A DNA stretch of 64,000 bases from positions 1-64,000 of the IMG/VR virus record IMGVR_UViG_3300037461_000547. One strand, given 5' to 3'. Below are positions 1 to 9,305 of the stretch, piece after piece; position 1 is the stretch's first letter, and the number at the start of each line of letters is the position of its first letter. Source of the DNA: a virus. Taxonomy: Duplodnaviria; Caudoviricetes. The notes beneath the pieces were generated by a model, which worked only from the letters and a program-made list of their open reading frames with translations, had not been told where the DNA came from and made no database searches. A program made the position numbers and the translations under genes.

Positions 1-73
1 TGAATTTATCAACGTTGAACTCATAAAATTTGAGTGTTAGCGATGCACCAATAAAATTTTTATTTGTGGACAT
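1..73 (-). CDS. 5' part of next tail gene (partial, runs off the window)
   Basis: ATG at 73-71 overlaps the TAA of the frameshifted chaperone (TAATG); reads MSTNKNFIGASLTLKFYEFNVDKF without a stop to position 1. Confidence 0.5.
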   Translation of the reverse strand, partial: MSTNKNFIGASLTLKFYEFNVDKF

Positions 74-749
74 TATGCTGGCGGACCTTTCGTTGCAACA
101 CCTATTGTTGCAAGTTCCATTTCTTCATACTCACGAATTTGTTCATACGTTAATAGTTGTGAAATTGTCCATGCTGTATTGTCATCCCACTCAGGCTCGA
201 CAAAAGGTAAACGCAGGCCAAAACGCTCACACACTCTCCAAATTATGTACTGGGCTGTTCGTCCTGGAGGGAGTTTTGCTTGTTTTGGACCTGTTGTCCA
301 GCTAAAAAACGTTTCTTAGCTTCTTCCATCATTTTGTCATTGAGTCCATTTACAGCTGCCACTGTGTTAATAATTTTTGCGATTTGAGAGTCTGTAAATC
401 CACCCTTGAGTAATTCGTCAGTATAATTCGACCACGTTTCCGGATTTGCAAAATCAACTGTATCCCATTCAAGACTTTCGGTTGCTTCAAGCGATTTCAG
501 TACCATCCAATGTGTTTTCAGTTCACTGTAATGATGCAATTTTTCCAAGTATTCAGGGTCTTCCACATTCTGTGAATACACTGTTTCCCCTTTACGCATT
601 ATTTTCGGGGGTTCAGGTAGAGGACAAATTTTTCTAAAGGGTTCATAGTCAAGAACACATTGACATTTGAACACAATGTCCCCATCAAGACGTGGAAATA
701 CAATAACATCGAAACTCGGACCATCAATTGTTTTACCTGCGTACTTCAT
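73..749 (-). CDS. Tail assembly chaperone, -1 frameshifted long form (gpGT-like)
   Basis: Slippery heptamer T TTT TTA at 309-303; the -1 frame stays open to TAA at 75-73 (SWTTGPKQAKLPPGRTAQYIIWRVCERFG...GPPA*). Confidence 0.75.
243..749 (-). CDS. Tail assembly chaperone (gpG-like)
   Basis: 168 aa ORF directly downstream of the tail tube gene with a slippery site near its 3' end. Confidence 0.7.
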   Translation of the reverse strand: MKYAGKTIDGPSFDVIVFPRLDGDIVFKCQCVLDYEPFRKICPLPEPPKIMRKGETVYSQNVEDPEYLEKLHHYSELKTHWMVLKSLEATESLEWDTVDFANPETWSNYTDELLKGGFTDSQIAKIINTVAAVNGLNDKMMEEAKKRFLAGQQVQNKQNSLQDEQPST

Positions 750-792
750 TTTTACTCCTAAATAATAAAAAGGTTAGTGTGGCTACCTATAA

Positions 793-1242
793 CTATTCTG
801 CTGTAACAGACATACAACGGCCTGTGCAAGAAATCTGGCCGGAACGTAAGTCAGGATTGATAGATTCCCATCTAAATTCTGTGAATGTAACAGTTTCACT
901 GTCACTTCCACAATTAGTGGGCGCGAGAGTTAATTCCAAATCCACAGCGTCGGGTTCACAAGCACCGCCAGATGTTACCCATCCAGCAGCAGTACACTTG
1001 ATTGCTTCAACGATTGCGACTCCTGTGATACTGGAAATCCACTCCCAAATAAAATCAAAACTTACTTCAATAGCTTCATCGTCACCGAGACGAACTTCAT
1101 CAATAGCGCCACGATTATGTGTATACTCAACATTTCGTCGCTCATTCCAAGAGATGTTTCCATCCCCAATTTTAACTTCTACTTCTTCGGAAGCGCCATC
1201 TTTGATTTTCAAAGTGGCATCACGCATACTTCTTTGACTCAT
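793..1242 (-). CDS. Tail tube (major tail) protein
   Basis: 149 aa acidic, beta-rich ORF between neck genes and the frameshifting chaperone; called mainly by synteny. Confidence 0.65.
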   Translation of the reverse strand: MSQRSMRDATLKIKDGASEEVEVKIGDGNISWNERRNVEYTHNRGAIDEVRLGDDEAIEVSFDFIWEWISSITGVAIVEAIKCTAAGWVTSGGACEPDAVDLELTLAPTNCGSDSETVTFTEFRWESINPDLRSGQISCTGRCMSVTAE

Positions 1243-1266
1243 TTTTATCTCCTATTAACAGACGTT

Positions 1267-1303
1267 ACTTAAACAAAAAGCGTCACTTAAACAAAAAGCG
1301 TCA
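1267..1303. repeat. 18 bp tandem duplication ACTTAAACAAAAAGCGTC x2
   Basis: Exact copies at 1267-1284 and 1285-1302, duplicating the last codons and stop of 1287..1766. Confidence 0.95.
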
Positions 1304-1766
1304 TACTGTAATGTCCTTCAATCGTTGATTGCAACAATTGAACACTCGGATGTATTTGCCCGAATCTGGCGATTTCAACACGGTCGTTCACATTATGTAC
1401 AGGTTGTAAAATCATTGTTCCTACCAGTGAAGCATCGTTTTCATCATCAGAATCAGGCCCATACTTATAAACACAGAAGTTGTCGAAAGCAGGAATAATT
1501 TTTGTGTGATTCACAGATTCACGGTATAGATTTGTTGAATCAATAACTGTTGAAACAAGTATATTGATTTCACAGGTAACAACACAAACACCTTTCGATA
1601 CATCACAAATCCATGGGCCGTCAATACGGATTTCACACCAGTCACTTATTCCAGACATATCACGTTCTTGTCCTTCAACATAGACATGGATTCCTGTGAT
1701 CGTGTCTGTGAAGTGTTTACAAGCCGATGCAAATACCCACAGAGGTAACATATCTCTTGTGCTCAT
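1287..1766 (-). CDS. Putative tail terminator / neck protein
   Basis: 159 aa ORF immediately upstream of the tail tube gene; synteny only. Confidence 0.45.
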   Translation of the reverse strand: MSTRDMLPLWVFASACKHFTDTITGIHVYVEGQERDMSGISDWCEIRIDGPWICDVSKGVCVVTCEINILVSTVIDSTNLYRESVNHTKIIPAFDNFCVYKYGPDSDDENDASLVGTMILQPVHNVNDRVEIARFGQIHPSVQLLQSTIEGHYSMTLFV

Positions 1767-2191
1767 GTTCTTGTTCCTTTTAACTCTATAACTCGTATAA
1801 TCAATACCGAGTCATCTTGATATGATTCTTCAATTTTCTTAACTTGGTACTTTTTTGTGCCTTTGGTTACTGTCATATCTTTATCGACAGTAAACTCTCC
1901 AAAGTCTTTTTTATCACACACGATTGTTGCTTCTTCCGTGTCATAATAGCCACCATATGTGAAATTTTTATTGGCAGCGATGTAAGATAAATCGTAGGAA
2001 AATCGTCGGTCAAGTGCAAAGGGCAAGAAAATTACATTCCTAATCGCTACACTAATTTCCACTTTATCTGTCGTAGCACCTGTTGAATAGTCTACAGTTC
2101 CAACAGTTTCTGTTCGTGTGAACGTTATTGATTCACCGAATCGACGTTTCAGTTTATATATTGTAGCTTTTAGAAATCTGTATTTACTCAC
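1763..2191 (-). CDS. Putative head closure / head-tail adaptor
   Basis: 142 aa; FGESITF...YQVKKIEE pattern resembles head-closure proteins; position after the capsid gene. Confidence 0.5.
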   Translation of the reverse strand: MSKYRFLKATIYKLKRRFGESITFTRTETVGTVDYSTGATTDKVEISVAIRNVIFLPFALDRRFSYDLSYIAANKNFTYGGYYDTEEATIVCDKKDFGEFTVDKDMTVTKGTKKYQVKKIEESYQDDSVLIIRVIELKGTRT

Positions 2192-2511
2192 GGTTGTGTT
2201 TCCTTGACTTCCTCTTTATACCCATTAAATCGACCCCTAATAAGTGCTTCTGCTAATTCTGTAGCAATACAGGGTCGGGTTCTTAACATTGTAATAAACT
2301 CACGCATACATGCTGTGTTATTTGTTAGCGCTTTCGTTACTGTGGTGACTTGTTCCTTGAGTATTACTCGCATTTCATCTTCAAGTTTACGAATCGTTAT
2401 AGAAAGGTTTCCTTCACGTTTGTAATCTCTCCAGACAAAAAACACGACTAACGCAATTGGAACACCATACTCACCAAGTACCCTAAATATAAACTCTTGT
2501 GTTAGCACCAT
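2188..2511 (-). CDS. Small membrane protein, possibly holin-like
   Basis: One N-terminal hydrophobic helix (GVPIALVVFFVW) followed by a coiled coil; RBS AGGAG upstream. Confidence 0.4.
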   Translation of the reverse strand: MVLTQEFIFRVLGEYGVPIALVVFFVWRDYKREGNLSITIRKLEDEMRVILKEQVTTVTKALTNNTACMREFITMLRTRPCIATELAEALIRGRFNGYKEEVKETQP

Positions 2512-2529
2512 CGAAGTCTCCTAAAGGGT

Positions 2530-2559
2530 GTTGTAGGGGTGGTTGCCCACCCCCACAAC
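2530..2559 (-). terminator. GNRA-capped hairpin after capsid gene (weak terminator or mRNA stabiliser)
   Basis: Minus-strand RNA GUUGUGGGGGUGG-GCAA-CCACCCCUACAAC, 13 bp stem; only a short U run follows. Confidence 0.55.
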
Positions 2560-2567
2560 GAGCCACA

Positions 2568-4103
2568 CTAACCATACATAACAGCGCCGTAGGCTTTATC
2601 CAGAACCTTGACACCACACAACAGGTCAACAGTCACTAAATGCCCTTGACGAACGCCATCATACGTAATAACAACACGGAGACCGATACCATCATAATTT
2701 ACAACAGCTGCCAATGCACCAGTTCCCGTACGCGGGAGAGCCAACGGGCGAGTTACCAATGCAACAGCATTACGATGGAACGCGAAGTTATAGTTTCCAG
2801 TCGGGAAGAAACTTACAATCGCATTATCAACAACAGCAGTATCTAACGGACGGTCAAGGCGTACGGTTGCCGTTGAACTTCCCGTGCTATCGATTGCGAT
2901 AATCGTGTAAATGTCACCCGCTGTTACGACAGTGGCACCAGAAGCGCCAGTTGCAATACGCAACTGCATACCGACAGCTACACCAGGCGTTGTCGAAAGA
3001 TTATCAAGGACAATACCCTTGTGCCATCCTGCACGATAACCGTCTGTAGTGGTTGTAGCACCTGCGGCTAACGTGGATGTTCCCTGATTAATTTTACCAG
3101 CTTGGAAAATTTTCATATCAGCGGCATCTGTAATTGCGCGTTTCAAGCCAGGAGTGATAGTGACAGTCTCAGTCGTACCATTGTTTGCGGTTACGAGCTG
3201 CGGAGTAAGATCACCACCATCAAAACCAGTGGTTGCACCAAACACAAGAATATCACCGAGTCCAACATACTGACTATCATTCAACACAATGGACGTGCTT
3301 CCAGCAGCATAACCAGCACCAAGATTCACAGCATCATCATCAACAGTACCCTGATCAGAGTTCGTGTAATCCGACATACTTTGACACATATAAAACTCGA
3401 ATCCGAGTTTGTGCCCAAGACTTGCTTCACGGAGAGCAGAGCCTTCATCACCAACCTTCTCGGCCGACGTGAAATCATCTGCTTTCAAAATACTGGTTTC
3501 TGCGCCCGAACTAACAATAAATCGGCGACCGGTAGCAGGGCATTTGTTATCGTTGAGGACTTTACGAGTGTCAAGGATATAATCCTTGGCAGTCGAAGAG
3601 CCGAGCAAACCAAGATAGCCCGCAGAATACGTATTGCTCAACAGCCACTGTGCATGCTGACCAAGAACGATTTTATCAACAGCCTGTGCGATTGCGATAA
3701 TCGCAGGTTCAAGATATTCACTGACCAAATCCTTGAACGCCATGCTATCTTCGCCATCCTTAATAAGGAATGACACATGGAAGTGTTGATCAAGTTTGAC
3801 TTGAACATTAGTGGCTTCGGGCGTCTGAATGGTGACGTCCTCATAATCATTTTTACGATACGCAACGAACTCACTCGGTTTGCGTGTATTGATAACATCA
3901 CCAAACTGGGCGATCATGTTTTCGAAATCACGATGCACCAAATTTGCTGCAACCATATTTTCGATAAGAATAGCGATGGACTCATTGGCCCACTGTTCGG
4001 GAATAAACGGATCATTCTCTGTCACAGTAACACCCGTACTGGGCGTCCCATATGTGTCATAGACAGGAATGAACGGGAGACTAACTAACAATTCGAACTT
4101 CAT
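2568..4103 (-). CDS. Major capsid protein (P22 coat-like) with large internal insertion
   Basis: 511 aa; N-terminal FIPEQWA...LVHRDFE...GDVINTRKP and C-terminal NFAFHRNAVALVTRPL...VDLLCGVKVLD typical of P22-gp5-like coats; follows scaffold. Confidence 0.85.
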   Translation of the reverse strand: MKFELLVSLPFIPVYDTYGTPSTGVTVTENDPFIPEQWANESIAILIENMVAANLVHRDFENMIAQFGDVINTRKPSEFVAYRKNDYEDVTIQTPEATNVQVKLDQHFHVSFLIKDGEDSMAFKDLVSEYLEPAIIAIAQAVDKIVLGQHAQWLLSNTYSAGYLGLLGSSTAKDYILDTRKVLNDNKCPATGRRFIVSSGAETSILKADDFTSAEKVGDEGSALREASLGHKLGFEFYMCQSMSDYTNSDQGTVDDDAVNLGAGYAAGSTSIVLNDSQYVGLGDILVFGATTGFDGGDLTPQLVTANNGTTETVTITPGLKRAITDAADMKIFQAGKINQGTSTLAAGATTTTDGYRAGWHKGIVLDNLSTTPGVAVGMQLRIATGASGATVVTAGDIYTIIAIDSTGSSTATVRLDRPLDTAVVDNAIVSFFPTGNYNFAFHRNAVALVTRPLALPRTGTGALAAVVNYDGIGLRVVITYDGVRQGHLVTVDLLCGVKVLDKAYGAVMYG

Positions 4104-4112
4104 GTTTTACTC

Positions 4113-4955
4113 CTAATGATTACTCGATTTTTGTTTCTGTTTTCGCCGTTCAGCGATATAATCCGCTGTTTCTATCGGCATACCTTTCTTACCTTTTGCT
4201 GAGGTAGTCCTTACTCCAAGTCCGGCGGTTTTATCTGTTTTGAATAGATTCATATAGCGGTCTTCATCTAACATTCGTTTGACAACTACTGCTGGATCAG
4301 CAATCACTGTTTCTGGTTTTCCTTTATCGTCAGTAGTTTCAAACTTTACCTGCGATTTGTATCTACCCGTACCTTTACCGTCATCATCGAGAATTTCTAC
4401 AACAGTCGTGTTCGGTCGTAAGAGAGCAACGACTTGTTCTGAATTGAAAGCATTGTGTGCGACTGCGGCGTCAGTTAACTCACGACGTATAATAGAATCT
4501 GTGTAGCGTGTTCTCCACACTTCACGTTCCTCAGTGATTTTCGCAATCTCAGTCTGATGTTTCTTTGCAGTTGTTTCACGCTCACGTCGCGCTTGTTCTT
4601 CTTTAGTTTCGATCTGCTTTTGCATATCAGTGATTTGGACTTCAAGTGCTTCTTTCTCAGCTTGAGAAAGACGGGCAGAATCACGAAACTTTTGAAGTTC
4701 ATCAATACGTTTCTGTAAAGCACGTTTTTGTTCAGCTTTCTCTTTCTGAACAATACGGTCAACATCAGTCTGTGTGAATGTTTTGTCGCCTGTGCCTTTG
4801 TCACTCGCGCTTTTATCACCCGCGCTTTTATCACTGGCACTACCTGCATCACCTGTATCACCTGCATTACCAGCGTCCCCATCATCGTAAACAGGATAAA
4901 AGGGAACATTCAATCCAAGAACATTTTGCAATCTTAACATTTCAAAGAACTTCAT
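4113..4955 (-). CDS. Capsid scaffolding protein
   Basis: Low-complexity D/G/A/S N-region, TFTQTDVDRIV motif, long charged coiled coil; directly upstream of the capsid gene; start chosen at MKFFEM. Confidence 0.75.
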   Translation of the reverse strand: MKFFEMLRLQNVLGLNVPFYPVYDDGDAGNAGDTGDAGSASDKSAGDKSASDKGTGDKTFTQTDVDRIVQKEKAEQKRALQKRIDELQKFRDSARLSQAEKEALEVQITDMQKQIETKEEQARRERETTAKKHQTEIAKITEEREVWRTRYTDSIIRRELTDAAVAHNAFNSEQVVALLRPNTTVVEILDDDGKGTGRYKSQVKFETTDDKGKPETVIADPAVVVKRMLDEDRYMNLFKTDKTAGLGVRTTSAKGKKGMPIETADYIAERRKQKQKSSNH

Positions 4956-5032
4956 AATCTTTACCGACCCTGCTTGATTCCTGTCCGCACCAGAGAGCAG
5001 GTATCTCTGGTCGACGCCCACGTTTTGTGGTG

Positions 5033-5497
5033 TTACACTCTAAACAATTGTATATCATCCGGTCCGCGTAAAAATGGCTTCAACAATAACCATGCTTTAT
5101 AACTTGGAATCCCCGCAATAATATGCTCAGGCGGTACTGTTGATGCATATTTTACATTAACACCGGCGATACGTTGTTCAGTTACGTTTAACGCTTCTTT
5201 TTCGAACTCAATATCAACACCATCTAAAAAAGACAGTGCACATTCATAACATGCTTCAAGTATTTCGTTTGGAATGTCAGCATCATCATATCTTGGAAAC
5301 TGTAGTGTTTGTTCTGTGTCTGTTTTTTCTCCTGTAAAATTAAGATTATCAATAGCTTTCGTTGCCATAATTAAGGCACGCATTTTGTCAACTTCTTCTG
5401 CTTGATGCCATGAATCAGCGTTCAAACGTTCTTCAAAATATGTCTCTGCATCATCCAATGCGACATAACTGTTGGCATCTGTTAGTTCCACTGTCAT
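5033..5497 (-). CDS. Head-tail connector (DnaT-like phage family)
   Basis: ANSYVALDDAETYFEER...ALIMATKAID...LQFPR motif typical of this phage adaptor family. Confidence 0.7.
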   Translation of the reverse strand: MTVELTDANSYVALDDAETYFEERLNADSWHQAEEVDKMRALIMATKAIDNLNFTGEKTDTEQTLQFPRYDDADIPNEILEACYECALSFLDGVDIEFEKEALNVTEQRIAGVNVKYASTVPPEHIIAGIPSYKAWLLLKPFLRGPDDIQLFRV

Positions 5498-5509
5498 GAC
5501 TATCTCCGA

Positions 5510-6031
5510 TTAAAAATGCCCAATAACATTTATATTTTGTCCTGGAATAAATGGTATCCATCCCCATCCCGTTTCACTTCCATTGTATGCCAAAACACTC
5601 ATAACCGTTCCCTTACAATAGATACGCCCTTCTCTAAGTTCAGGATTGCGTGTGTCTGTTCTAAATTGATGGAAATCAATCACTTCACTTACTGATCCGC
5701 AATTCTCTGGAGTCAATGTCAATCGTAAATCAACACAATCGGGATCACATTGATCACCAGTAGTTACCCAACCTGGCGCTTCACACTTTATTGCTTGGTA
5801 GAGCGAAATTCCTGTAATGTTACTGAGCCATTCCCAATTGAAACTAAGTGTGACTTCAGTTGCAGGATCATCTGCCAACATTACTTCTAAAAGCTGTCCT
5901 TTATTACGTGTGTACTTAACATCTCGTTTTTCAATCCAAGAGAATGTACCGCGTCCTATTTTAACGGTGACCGAATTTCCACCGCCATCAAGAATTTCAA
6001 GAACAGCATCTCTAAGTCCTCTACGTCCCAT
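5510..6031 (-). CDS. Paralogue of the tail tube protein with C-terminal extension
   Basis: Aligns end to end with 793..1242 (RDA.L.I.DG, VKIG.G..SW.E.R.V.YT.N.G, AIKC.A.GWVT.G, P.NCGS.SE). Confidence 0.7.
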   Translation of the reverse strand: MGRRGLRDAVLEILDGGGNSVTVKIGRGTFSWIEKRDVKYTRNKGQLLEVMLADDPATEVTLSFNWEWLSNITGISLYQAIKCEAPGWVTTGDQCDPDCVDLRLTLTPENCGSVSEVIDFHQFRTDTRNPELREGRIYCKGTVMSVLAYNGSETGWGWIPFIPGQNINVIGHF

Positions 6032-6349
6032 TTAATCGCTCCAGACAGCTTCCATCTTAATTTTCTTTACAAGAATGTTTCCACCAGCTTCGATGGTCAC
6101 CATCAAATAATAACGGTCACCCGCTACAAGTTCATTGGTACTTGGTAATAGACACCAATAATCACCCGAAGAGCCTACAGCAGTCATTGTAATATCATCG
6201 CCGATCTGCGTGTCACTGTCGGATTTAAAAAGTTCGACAGTGATTGTTGCGTCATTTATATCAACAAGTGTTCGCGCATTTTTCAAATCTGTAACTTGAA
6301 AAAGTGTATCACTGTCTACATAAATTTGATTCATGGCTAAATACCTCAC
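6032..6349 (-). CDS. Small beta-sandwich virion-like protein
   Basis: 105 aa alternating beta pattern in the structural operon. Confidence 0.4.
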   Translation of the reverse strand: MRYLAMNQIYVDSDTLFQVTDLKNARTLVDINDATITVELFKSDSDTQIGDDITMTAVGSSGDYWCLLPSTNELVAGDRYYLMVTIEAGGNILVKKIKMEAVWSD

Positions 6350-6486
6350 TCAATGATTTTGTGAATCTAAATGGGTTGGATAACTTTTCCGTACAACTGA
6401 ATACAGACAATGTGGAAACTGTACATCTTAGACACTTTGGGCCTTGTGAAATTGAATCACCCCAAAAAATTGTCGGTGCATATGAT

Positions 6487-6642
6487 CTATTTAGAATCTT
6501 TTCCATCTTTAGATTGTTCCCACAGAGAGTGACAGATTGCTACTGCTTGTTCCTGATTTTTAGCTGTACCTTCTTCAAGCACAAACGGTACACAACGCGT
6601 TAAAAACTCTGATTTCGTTTCATTTTGTCTTGGTCTTGGCAT
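6487..6642 (-). CDS. Small conserved phage head-module protein
   Basis: MPRPRQNETKSEFLTRC...QAVAICHSLW motif, which I recognise from phage head modules. Confidence 0.55.
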   Translation of the reverse strand: MPRPRQNETKSEFLTRCVPFVLEEGTAKNQEQAVAICHSLWEQSKDGKDSK

Positions 6643-6655
6643 TTTACACCTACAC

Positions 6656-7498
6656 TTATGGCTTATGCGTCTGGCGTCCAACAGGCTGATTCGATGAAGT
6701 GACATTTGCACCTGTGACCTGATACAGAGATTTTTTATGTATAACAGTTGCTGTGCCTTTTTCCCGATATTCTAAAGTCCATGGTGTCGTCGTTGTATCG
6801 ACGTAAGTGTCTGCTTCAAGAATCTTTTTAACATTGGTTAAATCAAGAGCATTGGCAACCCACTGTCCAAACCAAGACCCTGCTTTAATCACATCTGTTG
6901 TGTTTAACGCGTTTGTTTCTCCAGAAAGTCTAACACCATCAGAAATTGCTGAAGCAATATTTAATCCGTAGCCGCCAGATGACTCAATTTGTACGCCACT
7001 ACCGGTATCATTCGTGACATAGATACCGCCATATATGGTACTGGCGTCCACACGAAGCTGTCCAAGCGTCAGCGTGTCTTCACTTGTGGTACCAAAGTCA
7101 GTTACTCTGGTATTATTGTTCCATGCTTCGACGGTCCCGTTCCAATCAATCGTAAAGTTAGTGATAGACGGGTCTGTCGATTCAAGTCCATCTTCATCGG
7201 AGTCATCATAAATACGAATTACATACGCACCCGCTGTTATAGTTGCTGGAAAATCAGCATAATAATATCCAAGATTTCCAGTATCTTCAGTTAAAGCAAC
7301 AGCACGATTTGCATAAGTAACAGACGTTGCAATTTCAAAAGCTGGAGTACCTGTTGTATCCCAAACATATCTGTCCGTTGGGCGTGTGATAGTTGCTTTG
7401 AGAGTTGTGTATCCTGTGTCAGTGATGCACCAAATCTCGTTGCTGGCTTTTGCAAATATTGAAACCAATAAAAACAACGTGACAAGTAATTTTTTCAT
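6656..7498 (-). CDS. Signal-peptide-bearing putative virion/secreted protein
   Basis: N-terminus MKKLLVTLFLLVSIFAKA (basic, hydrophobic, AxA); strong RBS AGGAG. Confidence 0.6.
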   Translation of the reverse strand: MKKLLVTLFLLVSIFAKASNEIWCITDTGYTTLKATITRPTDRYVWDTTGTPAFEIATSVTYANRAVALTEDTGNLGYYYADFPATITAGAYVIRIYDDSDEDGLESTDPSITNFTIDWNGTVEAWNNNTRVTDFGTTSEDTLTLGQLRVDASTIYGGIYVTNDTGSGVQIESSGGYGLNIASAISDGVRLSGETNALNTTDVIKAGSWFGQWVANALDLTNVKKILEADTYVDTTTTPWTLEYREKGTATVIHKKSLYQVTGANVTSSNQPVGRQTHKP

Positions 7499-7510
7499 TA
7501 TTTTCTCCTG

Positions 7511-9304
7511 TTAATTTCGTTTGAGTCCACGTTCTTTGGTTAAATCATTGAACTTATATTTACCTTGTTTATACATTTCCCACACTTCAGCTTTTGTTAA
7601 AACACCAGAGTAGACCATAACTTTATCAATGAGTCCGACCCATCCTGTTTGGCCGGGTGTAGCTAATCCCTCATTACGTCCGATTGCCCATTCATCCATT
7701 GTTGGCATCCAATCCATCGCCAAAAAATCAGTATAAGTTGCCAGTAAGACACCGTCCTGATATAAATATCTAAGACGCTCAGTCACCCAAACAACAACAA
7801 TATGATGCCAAACATCGTCTTTAATTGTTGGAAATGCGCCGCATAATGATGGTTCATTGGTTAAAGAGGACGTCCCTTTGGTTTTAATCTGAGCATAACC
7901 GCCATTAGAGAATACGCCTAAATAATTAGGGCTACCGCTGTTGTAACTAAAACTGATAAGGCATTTTGCTGTTTGTGAATCTGTCCCTTTAACCCACATT
8001 GAAACTGAAATAGGTAAACTCTGAACAGGACAAGCCGTTAAATTGTTAGCATACCATCCACCTGAAATTGAAATTGAATTATTGACGTAATAAAGATTAT
8101 CCGCGTTAATTGGACCATTATTGGATGAAACAACTGCTGAGGATGGTGTTAAATGATTAGTGCCTGTTGCATTTTTAACAGTGTTAGAGCCAGAAGTACC
8201 TGTAGATTCTTCACATCGTAAATAAACAACTCTTGTGTCTTGCCAATCCAATGAAGTTTGATAACCGTATCCATTTACAGTGTACGCCATTTTAGGTGTA
8301 CTATTTTCTGTGTAAGCAGGAAAACTTATTGTGACAATGGAACTGGAGTTACGATTAGTATCTTCTCCAATGTAGTTACATCTATCTTCAAGATCAGCAT
8401 GTAATCTAAAATAACGGACACCATCATAATCTCCGACACCATTTTGTGGATGATTGTGTGCTTGGAAAATCAATGGTTGGATTGTAAGAGCTTTTAAGGC
8501 AGCATGGATAGAAAGTTCTTCTGCTGTTTCAGTTCCAAGATTTTCAATTTGAATTATAGGATAGTGTGTGAATATGACTACAGCATATCCATTACTGTTT
8601 GCTTCTGTCAAACGTGCCAATACCCAATCTTCTTGATCCATAGTTTGGGGTGGGTCGCCTGATTGTCCTTCTTCATTTAACCAATGTGTTCCTCCAGTTG
8701 CAATACAAGCACTATGTAAAAAGATAAAACGAATAGTTGCTGTGCCTTTAGTTGAATCGACAACATACGCACAAGGACTATTATCAACAGCATTGACAGG
8801 CCACCAGTTCAAAGTAGGTGGATGTATAATCGGAATTAGTGATCCCAAACCTGTTTCTGTGTCAAACAATCGTGTAAAATCACTTGCTTCACCAACAGTT
8901 GGGCAATCTTCACAGTATGCGGCATTACCCCAACCATGGTCCCAATGCCCGAAAATTAAATACAATTCGTATCCACTGATTGTTGATACGTCATTGATAA
9001 ATCGAGCGTATCTAACTTCCCGATGTTGTCCTTCTGGTAAATGTAATTCACCATCAATTAAATCGCCCAGCGCAACTGCAAAATCAATATTGGCGGCGTT
9101 CCAACGTGAAATTGCTAAGGGAACGGAAACATTGTCATAACCACGCATACGGTCTGTTGAAATTATATACGATTCAGTTGCATGTGTGTCCGCAATCAAA
9201 CCAAGTTTCCACTGTGATGCTTGTGTAAATCTTGAGAAAGTAATCAACAATAAAAAATAAATGATTGTTCTTTTAATGAAAATATTATTTCTTTGTTTTT
9301 TCAT
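7511..9304 (-). CDS. Secreted metallophosphoesterase + LamG-like domain protein (paralogue A)
   Basis: Signal-like N-terminus; DTH, GDLID, GHWD, THYP, AHNH phosphoesterase motifs; C-terminal WHHIVVVW...LYQDGVL...GLIDKVMVYSGVLT LamG signature. Confidence 0.8.
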   Translation of the reverse strand: MKKQRNNIFIKRTIIYFLLLITFSRFTQASQWKLGLIADTHATESYIISTDRMRGYDNVSVPLAISRWNAANIDFAVALGDLIDGELHLPEGQHREVRYARFINDVSTISGYELYLIFGHWDHGWGNAAYCEDCPTVGEASDFTRLFDTETGLGSLIPIIHPPTLNWWPVNAVDNSPCAYVVDSTKGTATIRFIFLHSACIATGGTHWLNEEGQSGDPPQTMDQEDWVLARLTEANSNGYAVVIFTHYPIIQIENLGTETAEELSIHAALKALTIQPLIFQAHNHPQNGVGDYDGVRYFRLHADLEDRCNYIGEDTNRNSSSIVTISFPAYTENSTPKMAYTVNGYGYQTSLDWQDTRVVYLRCEESTGTSGSNTVKNATGTNHLTPSSAVVSSNNGPINADNLYYVNNSISISGGWYANNLTACPVQSLPISVSMWVKGTDSQTAKCLISFSYNSGSPNYLGVFSNGGYAQIKTKGTSSLTNEPSLCGAFPTIKDDVWHHIVVVWVTERLRYLYQDGVLLATYTDFLAMDWMPTMDEWAIGRNEGLATPGQTGWVGLIDKVMVYSGVLTKAEVWEMYKQGKYKFNDLTKERGLKRN

Positions 9305-9305
9305 T

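Noticed and set aside
2640-4088. Plus-strand ORFs opposite the capsid gene (and similar antisense ORFs throughout)
   Set aside because: Shadow frames of long minus-strand genes with biased S/T/I/N composition, no RBS and no motifs.
9261-9305. N-terminus MIVLLMKILFLCFFI of the 151 aa plus-strand ORF
   Set aside because: It is the antisense of the phosphoesterase signal peptide, fused by chance to the foreign fragment; not a real start.
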